From Blepharisma stoltei ATCC 30299 (taxonomy: Eukaryota > Protista > Ciliophora), in NCBI GenBank assembly GCA_965603825.1, contig CBFDEM010000030.1:1-64000 (forward strand): a stretch of DNA of 64,000 nucleotides. The letters are read 5' to 3'. Below, one piece after another: positions 55,986-64,000 of the stretch (the stretch's first letter is position 1; each line of letters begins with the position of its first letter). The notes below the pieces were generated by a model. It did not search any database, was not told the origin of the DNA, and worked only from the letters and a program-made list of their open reading frames with translations. A program made the position numbers and the translations under genes.

Positions 55986-57638
55986 TTATGTCTGAAGTTT
56001 CGCAAAATTAATCAGCGTTTTGACGTGCCTTCCCGCGAATTTAATGTGAGCCTCTACTCTACTGTGACCTCTTGGATCGTGCATGGACTCAAACATCAGG
56101 GCTGGCTTATAGGATCTGATTGCATGAATGTAGGTATTATAAATGTGCCTTGACCGGATTTTTCTGAAAGCGTGATAAATAAATTCTATTAAATCATTAT
56201 GCTCACTCATAGGCAGCCTTCGCAAGTTATTCTTAAACATAGAAAAGATATATTCAATTGGATTTAACTGAGGTGTCATAGGTGCATTGCACAGCACAGT
56301 GATCCCTTCTAGCTCACAGAAATCTTTAATCATCTTTGTCTTGTGAGCTGAAGCATTATCCATAAACAAAAAATATTTTTCTTTGTAATTTTCGTCCATT
56401 TCTTTTAGTTTGCCAATAATGGCTTGCAAAAAATGCTTGTAGCCGAATTCGTTTACTTTGTTAGGTTTGACCATATATCCTAGCAGCTTGTGTGAACTGC
56501 ATGCTACAACAATTTGGAGAGGGGGGCCTTTTCTTCCACAGATATTCATAGCTTTTTGGCCTTCTTTAGATCAGCCGTAGTAAGCAGTTTCTCCTCTGTT
56601 TACTTGACATTCATCAATACTAATAAGCTGTTTCCCCTCCCTTTGCAGTAAAATCAGCTGTTGCACCACCCTACACCTGGCGTTTTTATGAGAAATCCTA
56701 TCAGCTTCAGGCACGTGTCCTCTGACCCTTTTCATACTATATCCCATATCTTTGAGTGCCCTTCTTACTTCATCAGTCCTAATTTTAATCCCAAAATGAT
56801 GGCAAAGTAGCAATTTCCTTTCCCTCCCAGTAAGCACAGTATTCCTCGGGTCTTCAGAAATTTCTTTTAAGAAGCTTATATGTTCTGGCCGAAGCTTAGA
56901 AATTTTTTTCTTTAAGACCCTGTTTATGTATTTTTTTCCATCAAGCTTGTAATTTCTATGGATTTCTCTGACCCTTTCTAATGAAACTCTATCCCTCATT
57001 TTTTGATAAGTTTCTTTAATTGATAGTCCTCGTTTTAAATAATTAATTGTCTCCATAATTAGTTCTTCGTCTTTAGGCCGCTTTGTAAGCTTATTGATAG
57101 TAGAATATTCGTAGTCAGCAAGGAAACTTTTGAATTCTATGTTATAAGGGCTTATTTTTATAGCGTTAATCATGTCACCGATAGTAACAGTTCGAGAAAG
57201 GGGGTAGTTTAGAACGTTTAAGGTAAGATGATAATCAGGAGCATTATCGAGAAAACTGGTCATAAGGTCGTCAGCGTATTTGCAGTATTCAGAAATTTCG
57301 CTAGGCGAAAGAGGGTCTTCTGGAGAGTCAGTTTTATAGAGAAAATCCATATGGTGGGTATAGATATAGTTAGGAGGCAGGAAAAAGCCATCTTCTTCGG
57401 GTAGACTGACTCGGAAGTTTTTAAACCTACAAGCATCTAAAATTTCTTCTCGGTTTCGCTCGATGTAAGGATTGATTAGATCTGAAGATACAGAGATGTT
57501 AATAGGAAGCTGAGGTTCTTTTACCCCATTCTTTGTTTTCGCTTTTTTAATAGGTCTTTGCTTTACCATCTGTTGATGTAATATATATTTAATTAATGGC
57601 TGATTTAATTTCCATTTTTTATCTGAGTTCTTAAACAT
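55986..57638 (-). CDS. IS630/Tc1/mariner (DDE_3) transposase-like protein with intact DD34E triad; candidate domesticated transposase
   Basis: Fragments joined by YYGW[TGA]SKEG. Motifs GYSMKR, ISIDE, FMDNASAH, NAPMTPQLNPIEYIFS; 34 residues between the second D and E. The start may be 57569 (MVKQRP) instead of 57638. Confidence 0.88.
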
Positions 57639-57899
57639 ATCTTGATATATGCTATATTAAGTATCTAAATCATTGATTGAGCTTTTTAAATAGCTATTGA
57701 AATAAAATTCCTTACAAAGCATTTCTACAAAAATATACACTTTGACTAAACGAGTAAATTGGTATTTAGAATTTTGATTTCAAAAGCTAAGGCTTCAGAT
57801 AATTGATTAATACTAGAAAATTAAAGCAAAGTCTACTCACAAAGCGGAATTTCTCACTCGCAAAATCCCCTAATTATACACTTCCACCAAATAAATAAA

Positions 57900-58463
57900 A
57901 TGGGCTTTAAAGATCTAACTTTATTCTTGCCAGCAGAGTACCAGACAAAGAAAATCGGTTTAGCAATATTTTATACTCTAATCATCCTCGTCATTACCAT
58001 CTGTATTCTATGCAGAAAGCGCACAAATCCAACTCGTCCACCTCCAGCTCGACGACCTCAAGAAGACATCCGCCCCAAAATCTGTATCAATGGCAAGCTA
58101 GTTCTCGGCTCAGAAAGACTGGAAACCTTACGAGCCCTCGGCAAGTCCTGCCGAGTCTACGTAGTCTTTGAAGTCAGAACTGATGACGAAGAGCGCGAAA
58201 TCCGGGACATGCTCGCAAAAATCGAGACCCTTGAAAAGTACAGAATCTTGTTCTGTGAGACTGAAATTGGGTACAAAGCGCTTGTAAGACAGCTAAATCC
58301 TCGGCTTCATGTGGAATGTGACATATCAAGAGCTATGGAGATGAAAAGTTACTTGAATTCCATTACTATGATTACTCATGATCAATGTGAAGGGTTCTAT
58401 CAAATTGTGGATTTCGCTGGGAGCGAAAGCTTAATATTGAATATATTGCGTGATATAAGCTAA
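57900..58463 (+). CDS. PEX22: PEX22-like peroxisomal membrane anchor protein
   Basis: N-terminal TM followed by ILFCETEIGYKALVRQLNPRLHVE, resembling the plant-type PEX22 'LFCSTEIG..FVRQLEP..HID' motif. Confidence 0.68.
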   Translation: MGFKDLTLFLPAEYQTKKIGLAIFYTLIILVITICILCRKRTNPTRPPPARRPQEDIRPKICINGKLVLGSERLETLRALGKSCRVYVVFEVRTDDEEREIRDMLAKIETLEKYRILFCETEIGYKALVRQLNPRLHVECDISRAMEMKSYLNSITMITHDQCEGFYQIVDFAGSESLILNILRDIS

Positions 58464-58483
58464 ATTTATTGTATAATTATTTT

Positions 58484-59350
58484 TTAGAAATTACATAGAT
58501 CGGAAATGTCAAAAATACTTTGATTTCCGCAGGCAAAATAAGTCCAGGCTTCATTTGACCTTCGAGTTCGAAGAGGTCTTGGGATAGAAAATTCTAAACG
58601 GCCTGTTTTGGTTTGTTTTGGCTGACTAAATGAAAGCTGGATATTTTTTGGGCTTTTTTTTGCTTGTCTGCTAATAAAATTTGAGTACATTTTAGTGCTT
58701 TCATTAAAAGCTATTTTTGAATTGCTATATTCGCATCGGCTTCTTCTTTCACTAGTAACAGGTCTTGCATTTTCTCTTTTTTCTGGATCAAAAATATCCT
58801 CCACATAATAAATTGCAGTCCTTTGTTTGGGCTTGTTTTCTAAAAATGAGTACTTAGTTTCTGGCTCCACAACGGAGATGTTGCTTCATTTATTGTCAAT
58901 GACATCAATAATTTCTGGCCTAAATTCTATAATTGGCTGCTTTTTCGTTCTTTTTCCTTCAGGATTTGACCTGACTTCTGAGTTTCTCCTATTGATAAGT
59001 GACTTTGTCTCATATTTTCCTTGGGTATGAGGTCTTGAGTCTTGGCTTTTAATTGCAGACACATTTATATTAAATATAGCAATATCATTTCTCACCCCAG
59101 AGTCCTGGCTTATGTGCCTTGGTGAAACACTAGTTTCCTCATCGGCTACAAATGTTGGGACTTTACATTGGAATACTTTTTTTTTGTTCCGAAAGCGATT
59201 TATCAGCAGATTTCTTCTAATAATTTCTAATTTTCTGCCTTCTTCTAACACTTCACTGGTATTGAAATCTATTTTCTTCCTTTCTTCGCTTTCTCGCCTT
59301 TTAGAACTTTTTCAGGTCCCGTTGGCTGCATTTGAAATATATAAATCCAT
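58484..59350 (-). CDS. Hypothetical basic protein (288 aa)
   Basis: ATG 59350 (MDLYISNAANGTW[TGA]KSS) is in frame with both ORF-track fragments via TGA codons. Confidence 0.7.
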
Positions 59351-59355
59351 AAAAA

Positions 59356-60753
59356 TTAATTATTCATATCAACTCTATCAACAACTACAGAGCCTCTCCT
59401 CGGGTCTCTGACCTGAACATCATGCGTTGTCGGAGCTCTTTTCAGCTGATGCGTCCCAGCATCTTCTCCTTGATTTCCATTGGCATCAGGCAAGTCTCCT
59501 GACTCTCTCGCAACAGCTACACTATCGCTTCTGAACTCTATAATAACGCATGAGATATCGTCAATAATGACGTCTTCTTCTTCAACAATTGCATACCATC
59601 TCATTCTGGCTTCTTCACATAATAACTGTGCTATACAAGTATTGTCGCTGCTTATTTTATCGTCGACTGGTCTTTCTGACATCCCTCTTTTGCATTTATT
59701 TCGATAGTATTCAACAAAGTTAATGGCGTCTTTGTTCTCGAATACATCTCAAACTCCGTCAGATGCTGCTATAATGAAGCAGTCATCGTCTAAACTCATA
59801 TGATGTACAGTCGTAATAGGGTTAGCCACGACTCCAAGTCTTGTCCCTACTGAGTCTCCGATAGATCTCGACATAGCGAGTCCTGGGGAGTTTGAGTTCA
59901 TTTCTCACACCCTATAAGGCCCAATTTTATTTCCATTTTGGTCAGTCAATCTTTGGACTCTTCCTCCCGCTTGATAAATTCTTGCCAATTCATCAGGGTC
60001 TTCTGGCTTCTGGTCTTTAGTTAATTGTACAGGATGAATCAGCGGGTTTGCCACACTATTTCGCCTTTTATTAGCTTCTTCCAGTAGTTGGCGCTCTTTA
60101 CCTAAAACCGCTTGTGGGGCAGGCGGGTGCAGCGGAGGACAGGTAGTCGATAAAACCGCCCTGGAATCTCCTACGCTAGCAGAAAAAACTGTATTATTGT
60201 AGATAAGACAAAGGACTTCTGTAGATCCTGACTGAGAAACATCTATCCCGCTTGAAGGTTTTCTGATATCTTCATCACATTTAAGAGTTATGTTTGTAAG
60301 AAAACTTGAGGGGTTTGACTGAATAAAGGTTACCTGGTATATAAATTTTGAGGTGCTATATTCTCGCTGGACGATGTTGCCGCAGAATTCGACCACTTTT
60401 TCTCCATAAGTGCCATGACCATCGAATTCTGCAAGAAAAATGCTGTCTCCGTCACAAAGAAAAAGACAACAGTCTTGGCATTTTTTCTCTTGCTCCTTGT
60501 GGGGGTCGAGGCCTGGGAGTATACAAGCTGATGCTCAGACTTGCTGATTGCCTAAATTTAGTAACTTTGAAATCACCAACTTTGGTTCAGTTAGCTCAAA
60601 AGTGAGATCATGAGTTCCTGTCACTTTGCCAATGTGATTTCTTTTTTTGATTTTAACTGTTCCTACACGAGGGAATTCTCTTTTATCGAAAGATTGCATA
60701 GGCTTTGGCCTGATTGAGTTTTTAATTTTACTCATTGAGTTGCAGCTACCCAT
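59356..60753 (-). CDS. Protein phosphatase 2C (PPM) with N-myristoylation motif
   Basis: MGSCNS, CQD, FDGHG, SVGDSRAV, LTKDQKPEDPDELARI, RVW[TGA], GLAMSRSIGD, ASDGVW[TGA]DV, IDDISCVII. Confidence 0.92.
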
Positions 60754-61079
60754 TCTATTTACAGGAATATAAAATAATATAATCGTTTATCATTTGTTAA
60801 GAGTCCATTGGTAAGATTAAATATTTTCCTGCTATTTATAAGCTTAAAAGTTCAGCATTTCTAACTAAAGTCTGAGTGGACGAAAGTAATTTATCTGAGA
60901 GATATTAAGTTTTTTATAAGTAAATGTAGCAATAATTACTAATTTTTTGTTTAGCAAAGATTATTATATTAAATGCAACTTTGCATAACTTTTAACTTTG
61001 TTCTTTTATTAATTTTGTTTATTCTAAAATTAATAACTATATTTTTATTTTATTTATTTAAGAAAATATTTTGAGAAAT

Positions 61080-62105
61080 ATGGATTTAATCCTAACTGCA
61101 GATATAGGAGGAACAAATGCCAGATTCAAACTAATCAATTTCTCTAAAGAAAATATCGAAGAAAAATCAATTACTTATTCCACTAAAAATTACTTGTCAA
61201 TTACTGATTGTATTAATGATTTTCTTGAAAACTTACAGAAACCTTCAATTGGTGTTATTGGGACAGCTGGGACAATCTATGAAAACACTTTGGTTACCAC
61301 TAGCACAGGATGGAGAGTCCCTATCTCCGCCGAGGAAATTCAGCAGGAAACTGGTATCAATAAAATCGTTTTCCTAAATGACCTTGTAGTTGCAGGACAT
61401 GGAATCCATGAAATTACCTCTGATCAATCGCTAACTATAAGAGATCTCCCAATCAGCTATGGCAAGCCCAAAGTCTTAATGTCCCTCGGAACTGGTCTTG
61501 GCGTTTGCTATCAGGTCTGAAATGGTTCAGAATACCTATTATCTCCTTCAGAAGGAGGTTGGGTCGATTTTTCCCCAAAAAAAGAAATCGACTGAAAATT
61601 CATGCAATTTTACCGCAGATACAAAGACGCAAATAATTTAGAAAACACTGGAATTAGGGTCGAAGAATGCATTGCAGGAAAATTCGCTCAGATAATTTAT
61701 ATATTTTTAAGAGAAGAATTCCCAGATTTAATTGACCCAGCTTTTGACCAAAAATTTAACTCTGATCCGAGCAAAATGGTAGCAACCATGATGCATGAAG
61801 GGTTTAATGGGACTAACCAATTAGCACAGTTATCAGTAAGGACATGGGCAAGATACCTTGGCTATGAATGTGGAAATCTAATAGCAGCTTTTTTGCCGTT
61901 TGGAGGTCTTTATTTGTATGGGACTTTAATATATACCTACGCAGAGCAGATTTCGAAATCCCCTGATTTCCTTGAAGGATTGTTTGCAAAAGACTCAGGA
62001 TTATTAGCAATTATTGAAAAAATCCCGATTTCAATTATTACAGCGCAGGATTTAGGCCTGGCAGGGTGCAATAGAGTTGCTAGACAATTAAATTTGAGTA
62101 TTTAA
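61080..62105 (+). CDS. Bacterial-type glucokinase family protein
   Basis: ADIGGTNARF, FLNDL, SLGTGLG, SEGGW.DF, FLPFGGLYLYG, LGLAG; two TGA=Trp codons join the fragments. Confidence 0.88.
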
Positions 62106-62108
62106 TTA

Positions 62109-62651
62109 TTAAGCTAATGGGAGAAATCTATTATAATATCCTTGGGTTAGTTCTGTATGCATAAACACAGTGCTATCAGGCATATCTGCAAGATAAGTTG
62201 CTGGTTTTCCTCCATAAATTGTGAATGACGGCACTTCAGTGTCAGGGCTGAGAATGGCCCCATCTTCAATTTTGCAGTTATCTCTAAGGACACATCTATG
62301 AGATATGATACAATTTTTCCCAACGTGGACATTGTTGCCGATTTTACTAGCGCACACAATGCTGCCTTCTTCAATAAGTACATGTTCTCCTATCTGCATA
62401 GTAATATATTTTAATTTTCCTTTAGCTCTCTTATAAGATGGTCTCAAAACTACATCTTCTTTAAAAATCGTATATTTTCCAATCTTTACGGGTGCTAAAT
62501 CGCCTCTTATTACAACTCCAGGAGAAATAATGCATTTTCCGTTCAAGTGAATGTTATGGCTTCCTCTTATCAAGGATTTCCTGCAAACTTTGTTGCCTGT
62601 ATGTGTTTCTAAATACTCCTTTTTATTGTAAAATACTTTTACAGGTTCCAT
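62109..62651 (-). CDS. DCTN5: Dynactin subunit 5 (p25)
   Basis: YLETHTGNKVCRKSLIRGSHNIHLNGK..IRGDLA.VKIGKY..LRPSYK, hexapeptide beta-helix, YGGKPA. Confidence 0.93.
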   Translation of the reverse strand: MEPVKVFYNKKEYLETHTGNKVCRKSLIRGSHNIHLNGKCIISPGVVIRGDLAPVKIGKYTIFKEDVVLRPSYKRAKGKLKYITMQIGEHVLIEEGSIVCASKIGNNVHVGKNCIISHRCVLRDNCKIEDGAILSPDTEVPSFTIYGGKPATYLADMPDSTVFMHTELTQGYYNRFLPLA

Positions 62652-62656
62652 TTATA

Positions 62657-63415
62657 ATGGAAGAAATTCTTAAAAAAGACCAATATAACTTTTCAGTCTT
62701 CGGCGATAATGATCAATCTTTGCAATTAATTTTATTACAAAACCAAACTGTATATACACAAATACAAAATATTGTTTATGCCTCAGGAAAACTCTCAATT
62801 AAAAAAATCAAAGAAAATTGCTGAACCAAGATTTCGAACTTTTTTTCTTCAAAAATGCTTTATAACTATCGAATAAAAAACAGAAAAGGAGCTATAGAAT
62901 ATGCAGGACTAAGCAAATCAACTGGAGGGAAAATAATAGCAATAAATCCTGAAGTTATAGGAGATTCAATAATTACTAGGTCGAATGCAATTTTAGCTTA
63001 TACAGATGGGGTTGAGATGCAGGAAAAAAAAGAAATGATAATTTTCTTGCAGAAGGAAGACTGAAAAGAAGTGAGTGGGGATGGGATTATATTTATGCAG
63101 ACGCCTGGAATGCTGACTGAAAAAAATTTGGGGCTAGAAGAAGAAATTTCAGTTGCTTTTAACTCTTTGGTCGCATTTTCAAAAGATGTTAAAATTTCTC
63201 ACTCGTCAAAACAAATGTCTTTTGCTAATATGCTACTATATGACTGGGCTTTTTTGAAAATCAAAGGACCTGGAGTAATATATATGGAATCCACAGGCTT
63301 TTCTAAGCTTGAAAGAACTAAGCAAGCAAAGAAAATGGAAATCATGTATTTTTTCTTATTTTTTGCATCAGCATTAATTATTTTTGGAATAGAAAGATTA
63401 ATGATGCATAGATAG
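62657..63415 (+). CDS. AIM24-family protein with C-terminal TM segment
   Basis: One frame through two TGA codons. Motifs Q.LQLILLQNQTV, GKIIAI, SGDGIIFMQ, NSLVAF, KIKGPGVIYMES. Confidence 0.78.
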
Positions 63416-63423
63416 CTTATTAA

Positions 63424-64000
63424 TTATACAGATGGTCTTAAATGGTATTCGTGTTCTAAATTCTCAATTTTTGAGTTTAAATTGACTGCGTTTACTTCAA
63501 TCCAGTCCAAAGCTTCTAAATACGTGTCTAAAATTGTTTCTAAATCCAGTCCATTTTCCTGCTCAGTCTCAAATGTATCATTTACACTTTTCGTGATTTT
63601 TTGCATATTTTTTTCAAGGTCACTTATATTTAGCTTCACTGAGTCTGCTGCCTTATAAATATTTTCCTTATCATCATGCCTTAGTCCTTTTCCAAAAAAT
63701 CCACCTATATTCATTTGTGTCAGGATTTTTTCCAGCTCTTTATCAATTACATCTAAAGCTCCTGACAAGTCGTTTTGTTCAGCAGTAATCAAGTCCATCG
63801 TTTCATTAGCTAGCTTACTATCGCTTTTTACCTTATCTAATACATCTCTCAGTGTGATTATTTCTTTTTGGCAATCATAAGCTGATTTTTCAATGCCAAT
63901 GGATTTTTCAGTGACTTCTCTAAATGCAAGTGCTTGACTGTCGAGCTCAGTTTTCCAGTCCTGGAATAAGTCTTGAATTCTTCTTTTGCTTAAAATCTGC
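63424..64000 (-). CDS. NUP62: Nucleoporin NUP62/Nsp1 C-terminal coiled coil (5' end lies beyond the window)
   Basis: Frame open to the window edge: IQDLFQDWKTELDSQALAF..MDLITAEQNDLSGALD..ILDTYLEALDWIE, matching the Nsp1_C pattern. Confidence 0.75.
   Translation of the reverse strand, partial: QILSKRRIQDLFQDWKTELDSQALAFREVTEKSIGIEKSAYDCQKEIITLRDVLDKVKSDSKLANETMDLITAEQNDLSGALDVIDKELEKILTQMNIGGFFGKGLRHDDKENIYKAADSVKLNISDLEKNMQKITKSVNDTFETEQENGLDLETILDTYLEALDWIEVNAVNLNSKIENLEHEYHLRPSV

Noticed and set aside
8010-62383. Short antisense or alternate-frame ORFs in the track (e.g. 8448-8903, 30086-30646, 33962-34333, 46471-46833, 52012-52371)
   Set aside because: Shadow ORFs overlapping well-supported genes, with no recognisable motifs.
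7964-63415. Fragmented ORFs as pseudogenes or selenoproteins
   Set aside because: Breaks are in-frame TGA codons at Trp positions rather than Cys positions, and paralogs have TGG at equivalent sites.

Overview
This is the telomere-capped left end of a eukaryotic chromosome, not prokaryotic DNA. It has a (CCCTAACA)n telomere, 15-17-nt GT-AG introns and many in-frame TGA codons at conserved Trp positions. That combination points to a heterotrich ciliate macronuclear chromosome using UGA=Trp (Blepharisma-type). The supplied ORF track treats TGA as stop and so fragments many genes; I rebuilt them with TAA/TAG as the only stops. After about 3.15 kb of telomere comes a decayed subtelomeric zone (3.1-7.9 kb). 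It holds a telomere-truncated, frameshifted Kelch-TPR gene, a ubiquitin-like ORF and a Tc1/IS630 (DDE_3) transposase relic. About 30 tightly packed genes follow: a ~2450-aa LNR/beta-helix/multi-TM surface protein, LUC7, two EGF-TM-RING-H2 ligases, Rab GDI, XRN2, WW-Yip1, Fused/STK36, an F-BAR protein, several kinases, SQT1/AAMP, RPS21, a TRIM-Kelch protein, a multi-CH protein, a cyclin, two PB1-ZnF paralogs, prefoldin, RPL10, CDPK, EF1A, PEX22-like, PP2C, glucokinase, DCTN5, AIM24 and NUP62. The most notable items are: (1) a complete tRNA-Sec(UCA) gene in a genome where UGA is a common Trp codon, implying dual Trp/Sec decoding; (2) an intact DD34E transposase gene without visible TIRs, a candidate domesticated enzyme; (3) intergenic gaps as short as 3-13 bp, including start codons 5 bp apart. 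All family calls are by motif recognition, with no database searches.
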